A DNA stretch of 64,000 nt, from the NCBI GenBank assembly GCA_043228905.1, contig JBHGNT010000006.1, forward strand, positions 4,960,001 through 5,024,000, in the 5' to 3' direction. Below are positions 11,975-23,880 of this stretch, in pieces. The translations under genes and the position numbers were made by a program. Position 1 is the first letter of the stretch; each line of letters begins with the position of its first letter. Source of the stretch: Azolla caroliniana (lineage: Eukaryota > Plantae > Polypodiophyta). Under the pieces are notes generated by a model that saw only the letters and a list, made by a program, of their open reading frames with translations, was not told the DNA's origin and searched no databases.

Positions 11975-13064
11975 CGCTCCTGACAGAAGAAGAAGAGGAA
12001 GAAATGCCTGAGGTTTCCTTTATTTCTCCAAATGCCCCTCTCTCCTTTCTAATGTTTGCGTTATTTCAGAGTTTTATGTATGGAAGGAATTTATCCACTC
12101 AACAAACTTAGAAGCAATGAAGAGTGCGAGCCGCCATTATTTTGAAGTAATTTAGGCCCTTCCAAAAACCGTCGAAATACTGTATGAAATATATGAGTGT
12201 TCTTTTCAAGGATTCATCAATTCAGAAGACGCGCTTTCGATCGATATCTTGAAGAAATTTAGGCATAATGAAATGCAAGATGTTCTTGGGAAATTTACAC
12301 ACAAGGAATGGTTTGGTGTGCCATTTGGTTTATCTCATCCAATTAGAGGTCTATTTAGATTGGGTTTTCCATTCTCTAAGTTAATGGCACAATGACGATT
12401 TAATCAAAATAACAATTAAATATGTCACGATATTCATGTTGGTAAATGATCCATAAGTTACATCCGTGTCTCTCTTCAACCAAATAATAAGTAGGGGTAA
12501 CAAGGTGATTTGTGCAATGGACAACACGACAGTGGTTCAACATAGCTAACTTTGAGACACATTTGAAAAAAACCATATTCATGCTTGGAGAAAACTTTGC
12601 ATCATTAGTTAAGTACACATGGATGACACTCAAATTTAAGTCATGGGAGATTAGAATAGGAATGGGCAAAGTTCTAAAAAGCAAGTGAGGGCTAAGCTGG
12701 AGGACCATTAAGTGACAAACATTGACAACAATTAGAATTTGAGGCAACAAACTATCGTTGGGGAATAAGAAAACAATGGCTAGTTAATAGTTAGTTACTT
12801 GGCCAATGACTCAAGTTACTAATGTATTTCTATGGTTTTTTTATACAACCCCTACACACCGCACTCAAGATTGCATAAACAATCCCGTTGCCCATCATTT
12901 ATGTTTAAGTTTTCAATAATGACAATAGTCATAAGTATACTAATTATTTCCTATTTATATTGTCTTCGTATGTGCATATGTCATGGAATGAAACACCTAG
13001 AAAACATGCATTTGATCTTTCTTGTAATTAGACCTAGAAAACATGCTCCATCTTGTGACAAGGA

Positions 13065-13066
<2 letters not shown>

Positions 13067-13109
<43 letters not shown>
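13067..13109. repeat. (CT)n microsatellite
   Basis: Uninterrupted CT run. Confidence 0.95.
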
Positions 13110-13112
<3 letters not shown>

Positions 13113-13563
13113 AAAAACACATAATTATATTAATAAATGTATGTGAAAAACACTACTTACAATGGGTGTTACAATGGAGTATAGCCACCCACTAACTACA
13201 CTACATGGATAGTGGAACGTGTTGAATTGCCAATAGGCAAAAAATTCCTCTTGCTCCAATTTTGTCACATTAGTACTCTTTCTCTCTCTCTCATTAAGTG
13301 ATTACATAACAAAGGTGACACAGAAAAAGTGGCAAAGTCCACCATATAATACCAGAATCAAAACAGCCCAAGATATATGAATATGAGAACGACATTATTT
13401 ATTTATTTGGACATAATCAGCACGTCAATGAACATCGGAAAGCGTCAAAAGTATTACAACATTCATGATTGATAACTTTAGAATGAGAATGAGAGAGAGA
13501 GAGAGAGAGAGAAGCATTAACTTCAGAAAGAAAAAGGAAAATTATGAATGTTTATTTTATTTT

Positions 13564-15969
13564 CTAGAGGCTATCTCTTAATCTTCTTATGAGGAGATCA
13601 ATCGACTTTTTCCTGCCAACATTTTTCGGGTTTCTGCTACCAAAGTATTTCTCAGGTAAATCTCGATATTTCTCGGCAATGACAAGAACTTTTGCCGAAT
13701 CAAGAGCACTATAACTCTTTTGCCTAATCACAGGGTTCATAAAATTCTCGGGTTGATTGCTCAATAAAAGATTCACAAGTTGCCGAGCCTCAGAAAGGCA
13801 TTGACGAAGATCTGTAGCTCCTTGAAGCTCGTTCAAACCCGTACTTTGGAATCTCTCATCAGCAAAAGATTCGAGAATCTTCAAATCTGCATCTAACCCA
13901 ACAATCGCATTGACGTTAAATTTCTGCATCTCTTTGCTGCACATGGTAGCCACAATCTCATCTGAGATGTGAGTTAAAACTCCACCAATGAGTGCATCAA
14001 GAGCCTCTAGAGGAAGTATTTGTTGTGCTAAAGAGACTATAGTTTCCAAATAGATGCTAACTTCACTAAGGTATTCATTGCTATTCAAGGGAGGTTCCTC
14101 AGGTATCCAATTAATGTTATCGGTTAATTGCATGAATTCATCGACTTTTGATTTCACAAGCACAAACATTTGTTCGTGGGCAGCACCCTGGGAGGTTAGA
14201 AGGACCGATCGGGCAGCAAGGGAGGCTTGTGGGCGGTCAATAAGCCTGATAGGAACACCAGACATTTGGGCGGCATATCGAGCAAAAAAATCACAAGATC
14301 TCTCAAGCACTGTCATGTTGGCAGCTATTTGCATTGCTTGAGATACTGCCAGTGTTGGATTTCTTATCAATTTCAATAGAGCCTCGTTCAATACATTAAT
14401 GAGAAGCTTATCAAGGTACTTCTTCACCACATCATAGAAATCCATGTGATTCCCGTAGGACAAAAAGCTCACTGAATCCTCGATAAAGGATTTAACAATC
14501 TTGCAACAATCCGGCACTGTGGCTGAGAAGGGTGCGACATATGGGAAAGCCGGCATTATATCAGTTGTCTGAAGCTGGAAGGCCAGCACATTGGATTTGT
14601 ACTCATATTCCTTCCTTATGATCATTTTCTCATACTTGTCGTTTGAGAGTGAATCATTGATTTGTAGTTTGCAATCACTAAGAAGAAGCTCATGATACTT
14701 TTCCTTAGTTTTATTGAGGACTTCAAAAAGGGGACCCACCTGATATCCATATCTTCGCAATGTGGCACATAGAAGGCTCACATAGTCTTTCACCATCAAT
14801 ATATGGTTAGCCATTTGCATCCGAGAAAACTGATCTTCAACCACTGATATCATCTTCATAACTGCCGTTTCCCACAATTTTTCAACTCGTGAGCTCGTCA
14901 TGAGACCACCTGCTGTTCTCAATACCCTATCTTCCACAATGAAAAACCCCGCAACTTGGGCAAAATAGGTCTGATGCACCTCCAAGAAAGAGTGCATTGA
15001 TGAGATTTGGAGATCAGAATTCAGCTGCAATTGGCGATTCGTGAAGTAGTACTCATGAAACTGCTCTTGTAGCCCCAGACAAGTATGGATGTGATGAGCT
15101 CTATACACGGGAGTGAGGTCGAATCTCAAAAAAGAGTCATCCTCATCAAGGTCCTCTGTCTCAAGGATATAGATGCACTCTTTTCCACCAAATCGACTAA
15201 GCTCTTCGGCCTCTCTTTGCTTGGTACGGAGGTCCATTTCTCTCTTTCTAGTGGATCCGGCTTGGCCAATTGATTGTTGGCCTATATCCCGAGCCACACT
15301 TCTTATCTGAACGAGCCATTCATTAAACTCATTGCTAACATTCTTCTCTAAGTGGCCTCTACTCACAGGGATCTGCCTCTCAAGCATATGCCGAAGAGCT
15401 CGTGACGGGATGTTGGGCAAATAATCTCTCTCAATTACATCCAGAATCTTCAAAGCTGGGTAATACATGTTGCTTGTGATTTGTTCGTTAGCTCGAACAC
15501 ATAGTTCCATGGCATCAGTGCATACCTTCAAAGAACTCATGGCTTCAGTGAGGTTCTTTTTAGTGGAGTGGGCCTCGATGAGGTCATCAAGCTTGGACAG
15601 CAAAGCATTCCCAACTTGTTGCATCTGAGCATTCTCAGAGGCAAGGCCATTTTTTAGTTCGTCAGCATCGACGAGAACACCTCGGAGTTCATCTACAGCA
15701 TGGATAAACTCTTCATAGTGAACTCTACAAAGCTCCTCTATTTCAGATTCTTTCGACTTTACGAAGCTCCGGAGCTGATGGAGAAGAGCTTCGGGTTTGC
15801 CTAAATCAAACGCTGCCCTAATAATAGGCCCTAGATCTTCTCCATTACTTATGCTAGAGGCAAGAGTTACCTCCTCTACCACCATATGAGACCTCTCTCC
15901 TCCACCATTCTCGACCAGTGCCGACCCTCTTCTCTTTGGCTTTGTCATCAGCATACCCTGTTTCATCAT
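13564..15969 (-). CDS. SEC15: Exocyst complex component SEC15, 801 aa, intronless CDS
   Basis: Motifs ISNGEDLGPIIR.AF..GKPE.LLHQL, EIEELCRVHYEEFI.AVDELR, FDLTPVYRAHHIH, IMPAFPYVAPFS, EARQLVNLLLSNQPENFMNPVIR. Confidence 0.97.
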   Translation of the reverse strand: MMKQGMLMTKPKRRGSALVENGGGERSHMVVEEVTLASSISNGEDLGPIIRAAFDLGKPEALLHQLRSFVKSKESEIEELCRVHYEEFIHAVDELRGVLVDADELKNGLASENAQMQQVGNALLSKLDDLIEAHSTKKNLTEAMSSLKVCTDAMELCVRANEQITSNMYYPALKILDVIERDYLPNIPSRALRHMLERQIPVSRGHLEKNVSNEFNEWLVQIRSVARDIGQQSIGQAGSTRKREMDLRTKQREAEELSRFGGKECIYILETEDLDEDDSFLRFDLTPVYRAHHIHTCLGLQEQFHEYYFTNRQLQLNSDLQISSMHSFLEVHQTYFAQVAGFFIVEDRVLRTAGGLMTSSRVEKLWETAVMKMISVVEDQFSRMQMANHILMVKDYVSLLCATLRRYGYQVGPLFEVLNKTKEKYHELLLSDCKLQINDSLSNDKYEKMIIRKEYEYKSNVLAFQLQTTDIMPAFPYVAPFSATVPDCCKIVKSFIEDSVSFLSYGNHMDFYDVVKKYLDKLLINVLNEALLKLIRNPTLAVSQAMQIAANMTVLERSCDFFARYAAQMSGVPIRLIDRPQASLAARSVLLTSQGAAHEQMFVLVKSKVDEFMQLTDNINWIPEEPPLNSNEYLSEVSIYLETIVSLAQQILPLEALDALIGGVLTHISDEIVATMCSKEMQKFNVNAIVGLDADLKILESFADERFQSTGLNELQGATDLRQCLSEARQLVNLLLSNQPENFMNPVIRQKSYSALDSAKVLVIAEKYRDLPEKYFGSRNPKNVGRKKSIDLLIRRLRDSL

Positions 15970-16962
15970 GTGTCCAAAATTTCTGACAGAAAATGAGAAA
16001 CATAAAACATTAATACAAGAATTAAGAAATGAATATAGAAAATGGGATAGAAACCCTAACCTTAGATTGAAAGAAGTGGTGAAATAAGCATAAAAAATCT
16101 AACCTGAAAATGAAGAAATGAATATATAAAACGAGAATGAAAAACCAATATCTGAGAAAAGAGATGAAATATATGACATGAAAAACCTGCTGTGATAGTG
16201 AAGAAATTGATGCAGAAAATGAGCATAGTATGAACAGGTAATTCCAATGTCACAGTGGAGAAATGAATATACAACAAAATATTAGAAAGAGCGAGAAATC
16301 TAATCTGTGAATGTAACACAGATATAATAGGATTAACATGCAAGTGAAGAAATGAAGATAGAAAATGAAGAAGAAAAACCTAATATTTAAGAATGAAGAA
16401 ATGATATAGCCTGAACTTAAACATGTTGTCCAGTGAAGCTGTGGCCGGAGTTGGAGGAGTGAACGGGCGGAGAACCGGAATCCGGAAGAAGTGGGAACCG
16501 GAGAGTATTATAGAAAAAGAAATAATTAGTAATAAATGAAACGTTGTAATGAAATAGATTAATAAGAATAGACATTATGAGGTGCCGGATATGGAAGGAT
16601 GTACCGATCCAGATAAACACCATTTTGTATCAGGATACCTATATAAGAGGTCCGGATTGTATGGATTAAGGAGCGAGTAATATAAGTCTTTATTGTTCTA
16701 TCTTGTGTACTTGCCCTCTGCACTTTTATGTGTTAATCTTACGTGTGTTTATGCATATCCGGATTGTGCATCGGATAGTGTGCCAGATAACCGGATACTG
16801 TGTATATGTACCGGAGAACTTAACCGGATCATTCATAATTGTATGTGTGTATTATTCCATCTCTCCAACCACACCTTTGGATAGTATTCCAGAAGGGGAA
16901 TACATTTTGTTTGCGAATAAGTCTTAGTCTAGGATAAACACAAATTTGGCGACCACGATATC

Positions 16963-17482
16963 TGCAAGAAGCAGTGAACGACGGAGGATGGAGAGAGAGA
17001 AAACACACTACAGAAACTGGAAAGGAAGAGAAACACATTCGACACCGATAGAGACGGATATAGAAAACCCTTTTTATATATATTTCTGTACAGAAAAAGC
17101 AGAATACAACTCCGACTTTGAGCTGGACCGAGCAAACCAGATTACAACAATCATCTACAGGCAAGCCACTAGTCAGGGAGCTCTCGGGCTCGTCGCGCCG
17201 AGTGGGGCCTTGCACAGAAGACAGAGCAGAAATTGGAAACTCCATAGAGCATACGAGCTCAAATGGAACTAAACCCTAAACCAAAATGGAACCCCAAAAC
17301 TCTAACAGACTAAAGAATAGACGGAGAGAACACAAAAACTGGGGAACCCCCAAACAAGAGACTCTCCCCTCCTTTTATAACCCAAGGAGGGAGATACATT
17401 ACAAGTCGGTCAAATATTCCTCTTTTTCAGCGGAAATATTTGCCTTGATTTCCGGAGAGATACATTAAACACCCTCACTTTC
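16963..17482 (-). mobile_element. Third LTR-like segment (LTR-C) in minus orientation with a PPT-like tract
   Basis: Minus strand reads GAAAGTGAGGG|TGTTTAATG (start at 17471), with TATAAAAGGAGG at ~17379 and a possible end TTCTTGCA at 16963. No matching TSD. Confidence 0.5.
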
Positions 17483-17639
17483 ACACCCCCCACTACGTAT
17501 GCAAGAGCACTAATGTACACATGACACTTATTCCTCACTAACTCCTGTACACTTTAGCACCCTTACAATTTCCCTTTATTTCTATTTACATTTTTCTCCA
17601 TGTACATGTGCAATGTTGCACATAGCTGACCTTGCTCAC

Positions 17640-19050
17640 TCCACCCGGTTTTCTCACCGTCGCCGGAAATCCTCACGACAACGGACAATGAGACACCGAC
17701 ACCACCGACAGAGGAAGTCATTCGGTACAAACACGGCCAGCCACGACACAACGTTATATCCTTACTCGAAATATAACGACAAACCCAACGCAGAAGCCCA
17801 TGTGAGAGCATTTCTAACAACGTAGCAAGCCAATCATGTCTAACAACGATTTTCAGAGGCAGAAATGGAAAAATTGAAAATTGCAAAATTCGGTTTATCA
17901 CTGGAGGGACAGGCCGCATGTTGGTACTCCCAATACAAACTGGAACATTTCGTGACATTCCAACAATTGAGGGACAAATTCATTCGACTGTTTCACCGAG
18001 AAGTCACCCAAAGAGAGATAATCGGCCAGTTCTACGCACCTATCAAGAAGCAAACGAGACGGTGCCACAGTTTATTATTCGATTCCAGAATCTACAAAAA
18101 CAGCTTACATGGTCACCACCAGAAGAGGAAGTGAAGGAAATATTTTTGACGGCTCTACGGGAGCCACTCCGGACGACATTGGCGGTCCTGGATTTCAGGA
18201 CGAGCACCATCGACCAAGTCATTGACCAGGTGCTCGATATGGATCGGGCACAAAATAGCAACAACATGATGATGGGGGCACTACAAAGAGCGCTGCCAAA
18301 GGAGGAAGAGCTCAGATTCCGGCAAGAGATGCACTACACAATGTGCCTCAACCTCGGCCATTCTACACTTGAATGCACAATGAGGACACATTGTGCTCTA
18401 TGCCATTCAAAGACACACACGATAGATCGGTGCGAGTATAACCTGTTGAATAGACCAGCGGCACCCATACAACAAATTCAGCCTCGCGATGATCGGACAC
18501 CCATTTCCGGCATGATGACCGGTATGGATCGGATGGAAGATTCCGGTACGAGGACAGACAAAGGATAGAAGATTACCCATGGGACGGATACGATCGGGAT
18601 ACTCTCCAGACTATGATCGGAATAGAAGAAGGGAACGAAGATATTCTGACCGGCATGGGTAAAACAATCAGTGCCGGAAATATGACCCCCGGCGAAATGA
18701 CCGCCGCGACCCACAACAGGATTACCAACGAGCCCCGGATACCAGAAAAGCAATGTCGATGGTGGAACATTCCAACCGGAACCAAGGAGAACGGAAGAAA
18801 TTGCTTGGACGGTTCCCGAAACGCAACCAATAGTAGCAGAAAAAGGAGAACCGAGTGGATCACGAAAACTGTACTGCTATTTTTGCCGGCAGGAAGGACA
18901 TTACAGTAGCCAATGTCCAGTCAAGGCAAAAGAAAAACAACCGGCGGTAAACATGGTAACCGCAGAGGTAACCAGTGGGCAGCAGGTCACCACCTGATCA
19001 AAAGGAAAGACCGAGAAATGGGCAGCCCAACAAGTGGCAGAAAACAAGAA
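17640..19050 (+). pseudogene. gag: Ty3/Gypsy gag pseudogene with three zinc-knuckle-like motifs
   Basis: FGLSLEGQAACWY..FQQLRDKFIRLF..Q..NETVPQFIIRFQNL capsid-like region. Knuckles (Y)TMCLNLGHSTLEC, CALCHSKTHTIDRC and CYFCRQEGHYSSQC (18875-18916). Stops and frameshifts present; no pol. Confidence 0.85.
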
Positions 19051-19974
19051 GAAAAACAAGATAGACAAAAACATGAAGAAGAGAGGATGCCGGAAAGAAA
19101 CCGAGAACGACAAATCAAAGATGAAGAAAAGAAGCGGAGATTGCAGGAAGCAAAAGCAAAAAGATCAAGAACGAGACTATCTGGAGGAAGAGGAAGGAGA
19201 CAGACAAACAAGGGGGAGGGAAAAAACGGCAATAATAATAATAATAAAAGAAAAAAATGAGATGAAGAAATATAAATAATAATAAATAAATAAATAAATA
19301 AAAAGAGGGGGAAAAAGAGAAAAATAGGGGCATGCAACAAATTTCAAAAAACCTGAGGGTACCGGATCGAATTTCAAAAACTCAAGGGTCTAATACAAAT
19401 TACAAAACGAAAGGGAAACGACGAAATTTCGAAAACTCTATCAATGTGGAGGAAATGGACAAGATCGACTCACAACAACTCACAAAATAAAAGGAATAAC
19501 ACACATACACACAATGTGATTTTGGACCCATGATGAAGTTCGTGTGTCGACAAAACGGGAATGTTTGTGTCGATGTAGATTTGCTGACCGATGGAGATGT
19601 TTGGATCAAGCGTTCCGATCGAGGGAGTCGATTGCAAAGAAGACCGATGAAGTTCCGATCGAATAGAGATGATGATCAAGGCATGTGGGATCGACGTGCA
19701 ATGCATTGTCCCACGGGCGTGCCATAATGTGTTAACGTACGAGATGTACGGAGAGTTGTGTTATGAGTGAGGGTAAAAGACTATAATGTTGTTGTTGTGT
19801 ATGTGAAATGTATACGAGTACGAGTGTGAATGTAAGTGTGAGTGTGAGTGGACAGATAGGAAAGGGTGTGAGTGAGTGATGTGTATGGATGGCTTCAGGG
19901 GCATGCATCCCTATGATTCTAACCTCATTGTAACTATTTAACCCCCTTATGGGGAATGAATGAAAAGGAAAAAT

Positions 19975-20010
<36 letters not shown>

Positions 20011-21500
20011 CCCCCCCCCCTCTTACATTGAACTCCCTTGGGAGGGGGGTGGAGCCATTCTAGGCGCCACCCCCCACCCCGCAATGCTTATCAACATCTT
20101 CGCCATCTCCATCGCCATCAATCCCGCAACATTCATTGCCATCATCATCACACTCACCATTACCATCCATCATCATAATAATCAACCCTAACCCCAAACC
20201 GTCAACAAAACAACCCTAACCTATGAATGACAAAATGGCTATAACCCAATCTCACAATGTTGAAACAAAGAACACATCCAGAAGCACAAATACTGATCTG
20301 AAAATGACGTAATGAACATAGAATAAGGCATCAGAGAGAACAAGAAACCCTGATCTGAGAATGGACGAAATATAATGCCCTATTTCATTCCCCAAATTTC
20401 ATTTTTCCCACAGTTGTAAGATGATGTATGCATTTAATGTGTAAAATCTTCTTTCCTTGATGCAAATCAAAGGAAAGGATTCTTTCCCAGGTAAAGGAAA
20501 TATAAAACCCTAATGTGTAATGTGAGAAAGAGAGTGTATTTAATGTCTAACGATTATCTCAGATCAAATAAAATAAGTTTTCGTAATGTAACATAAGGAA
20601 ATACAAAACTGTCATTCTGAAACTTCAGGAAAACAGAGAATGTAAATGCATTTAATAATGGTTAATATTCATTCTTAGATGCACATTAGAAATCCCAAAT
20701 TTACTTAAATTCAAAACCCTACTTCAACAAGTTGAGAAAAACAGATATATTTCAGTGTATCTGATAAAAAAAACCATGTTTTCATAAATTTAAGGAGATG
20801 CAAAACCTAATTTTGTTCGTTGAGAAAAACAGGGATATTTCATGTGTCAGATCAGAGTAAATATGGCTACATAATTTTACGGAAATGCAAAGTCCTATTT
20901 CTCCAAGCTGAGAAGTGCAGGGAAAATAAAATGCATTTGACCCATAAATCCGCTCTCTTACAATGCAAGAACCTAAATCTGAAACATGGGAAAAACAGAG
21001 GAACTTAATGTGTAAGACTTCACTTTCGGATGCAAATTGAGGAAAGAAAAAATCTAATTCCCAAAAACATGAGAAACAGAACAATTTAACACATAAAAGC
21101 TTCAATTTTTAGATGAAAAGGAAGGAAAATACTTTAATTTTTCAGATTAAGCAAATGCAAAACCCTAAAACTGAAACTTGGAAAAACAAAAACAGAAACC
21201 GAACACCAAATAAATAAATAAATAAGGAAACCCTAATCCCGCTTCCGAAACAGAGAACAAAACGAAAAGAAAAATCACACAGGATTGGAGGAGTACCAGA
21301 TGAGTTCCAAGGACGGATACTTGGTAGAAGAGTTCCGGTGGAATGGATGGATTCGTGTGAGCGGGAGAAGATAGATCTGTGAGAAAGGTGAAGAGGGTAT
21401 GTTTTATTATTCTGGAACCTTCATCTTCCTATCCATCGCTCTGTCTGTCTCTGTCTGAGGAGATTGTAGGTCTGCGAGTTTCTCTCTCTATCGTGATCCT

Positions 21501-21657
21501 CGTCAAGCTGTTTTGGCTCTCTCTCTCTCTCTCTCTGTCTTTAGTTCCCGGTCAAGATTGTCTTCGGGTTTCCCGGTCAAGACAGTCAAGGGTTTCTCTC
21601 TCTAGATAGGAATATTGCTCTCTCTCTCATTAAGTCATATTCATGGTCAAGAGTGTG

Positions 21658-21695
<38 letters not shown>

Positions 21696-21767
21696 AGGTT
21701 GCTCGTCAAGATTGAGACATAGATTGCTCTCAAGTCATGCATTTCTCCCTATCATGCTCTCGGTCAA
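21501..21767 (-). promoter_or_regulatory. TTGAC (W-box core) cluster interleaved with GA/CT tracts upstream of SEC15
   Basis: GGTCAA/AGTCAA at 21550, 21575, 21584, 21645, 21762; CGTCAA at 21501, 21704. Confidence 0.45.
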
Positions 21768-21849
21768 TATTGTGGGTTTCTCACTCTACTCCTCCATCTT
21801 GGCTTCGGATACTCTCCGCAACTCGCTTAAATGATCAAGACAAGGTATT

Positions 21850-23880
21850 CTGCCATGACCTATGACAACTCTCTACCCAAAAAAGCCTTGGATCACACCA
21901 TTGTTGTGACTTGCCACAAAGATGGCCCGCTACAAAGATCATTTAATAAGCTTCTCACTAGATGTAAAGAGACTATGGCAGATGGAGATTTACAAGATCC
22001 ATAATGCTTGCAAAGCAATAGGCCAAATTACAATTTCTTCCCACTAAATTGATTGATATAAAGTAGGACGAACACTTTGATTGTGTAGAGTTGAGTTATG
22101 GGAAATGGGCATCTACGTGTCCCATTGTGCTCATAAAGCAATAGGCCAATTCAAAGTTTCCTTCCACCAATTCCACATCGAAGTAGGATCAGCACAACTA
22201 AAAGACTTTCCAAGTTAGCACCCTTAAAAGCATATAAGAAACAACCGTTTTTCCTTCTTATGCAAACATTGCCACTATTTAATGGATGATGGAACAATTT
22301 GATCTGTGATGACTTAGCACGTTTGCCAGAGCTTTCAAAAGCATAGGGTGTTGACCCCTTTATTGTTAAGATATCAAGCTCAACCCCACAAAGCTTGTGT
22401 GAGAGCAAAAACTCCTTTGGGTTGTGTATTTTAGAAGTCTATCATTATAATTTAACATAATAAATCAAAGATGCCCTTGCATTGAGTACAAGTGGATACC
22501 TCAGATATCCCTCTCACTCTCCTTTTGTTACCAGATTGTTCATAACTTCTATATGTGCTTGCATTGTTCATTAAAAACCACCCTCTCTTATACAAAGCAT
22601 TGTTTATTCACGATTTTCAATTTATTTATTCTAAGTATTATTTCTAGTTTCATTTTTCTTTTCGAAAAATATATTCTTCATTAGTAGAATTTTACATACA
22701 TGACGAAATGATTAGGCTAAAAAACATTACAATGGCTCTAGCCATAATGACCTATGAAAACCACAAATAAGGGTAGTGAAAGACCACAAAGGAATGACAT
22801 GAGACATCGTTTATGTATTGAACATAGAATGTCTTCCTTCGATTGAATGTGACCATGTCCTCCAGTTCCATAATGAGAATAGTTTTCCTTGTTTTCCTTT
22901 CACCTATTCTCCACCTTGCAACTCCTGTAATGTCATATGAGGTATGACAAATGATTTGGACCGCTTTGGTTAGTCCACAACTATCCTCTTCCATGTCAAA
23001 TCCGATCATCTCCTTCATCTCCACGACCATCTCCACACCATCAACACTTAGCTTTATCACAACCTCAAGAAGCATTCTTCATGTTTCCACATCAACCATC
23101 TCGGCAGTTATCGCCAAAATCATGTACCTACAACAACAAAATGAATATAGTGTCCTCATATCCTCTTGAAAATATGCTTCGGCCCCCACACCATCATCAC
23201 TCATCCTTATCAAAAAGATAAAATCTGCTTCATTCAATCCACATCAACCATCTTGCCGATTACCACCAAAATCCTGTACAAACAACAACAAAATGAGTCT
23301 AAAAAGTTTCCTCATCTGATCGCGTAGGTGGATGGGCTTCAACATTCGGGTGTTGCTTTTGACAATCTTTACCAAAATGACCAAACTGACAACACACAAA
23401 CCATTGATCATGCAAACCTTGATAATGCACATTTTGCACATTTGGAGGTTTATTTATAAGCAAATTAGGTAAAGAAATAGTTGTCGGCAAATGAATAGAT
23501 CTTTGTGTGAGCATCTGGACAGTTATTACCCCACCCACTCTATCTATCCCATAAACATGTCCATCACGCGTAACAATGACTTTACCTAACAATGCCCCAA
23601 TGCGAGGAAGAGCATTCCTCCACTCCTTCCTCAAACTAGAGAATATTGTCGTAAAATCCATACTAGACTCTTGATCCTTCAAAATCACGTCTACCTTAAC
23701 ATTATGCGACCATTTATGAAAAGAAACCCACGCACGCCTCCTTAATCGCTAATAACCTGGTGACAGACTCCTTATCTGCAAATTCCACATGATAACATCC
23801 TCTAGACATGAATTGAATGTCAAGGATGTTATCCGGTTCCACCGAGATAGTAGCATACAAAATATGTTGGAGTTCCGATC
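21850..23880 (-). mobile_element. Degenerate LINE (L1-like): ORF1 DUF4283/zinc-knuckle part plus a decayed zf-RVT-like 3' part
   Basis: RSELQHILYATISVEPDNILDIQFMSRGCYHVEFADKESVTRLL; WRNALPRIGALLGKVI; knuckle (W)FVCCQFGHFGKDC; KSSQIKLFHHPL..CFL near 22200-22320. Confidence 0.65.

Larger units (their letters stand above)
16424..20207. mobile_element. Composite Ty3/Gypsy-derived insertion: LTR-A(+) and PBS, LTR-C(-), gag(+), PBS and LTR-B(-), bounded by TSD AAACA
   Basis: AAACA at 16419-16423 and 20208-20212. LTR-A 16424-16940 (TGTTGTCC..GGATAAACA, TATA at ~16640) is followed by TGGCGACCACG at 16947. LTR-B 19730-20207 (TGTTAACG..CGTCAACA) has a minus-strand PBS TGGCACGCCCGTGGGAC at 19724-19708. 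Confidence 0.85.
15984..21320 (-). other. Probable long 5'UTR intron of SEC15, expanded by a retroelement insertion
   Basis: Acceptor TTTTCTGTCAG|AAATT just upstream of the ATG. T-rich sense strand on both sides of the insertion. Candidate donors at ~21296 (CTG|GTACTC) or ~21320 (CAA|GTATCC). The exact donor is uncertain. Confidence 0.65.

Noticed and set aside
12150-12395. Stop-free ~78-codon plus-strand stretch (LPKTVEILYEIYECSFQGF...) divergent from UVSSA
   Set aside because: No start codon at its 5' end, no family I recognise and no convincing exon structure.
18913-19377. Lys/Arg/Glu-rich and Phe/Leu-rich ORFs
   Set aside because: Low-complexity purine-rich junction inside the composite element.
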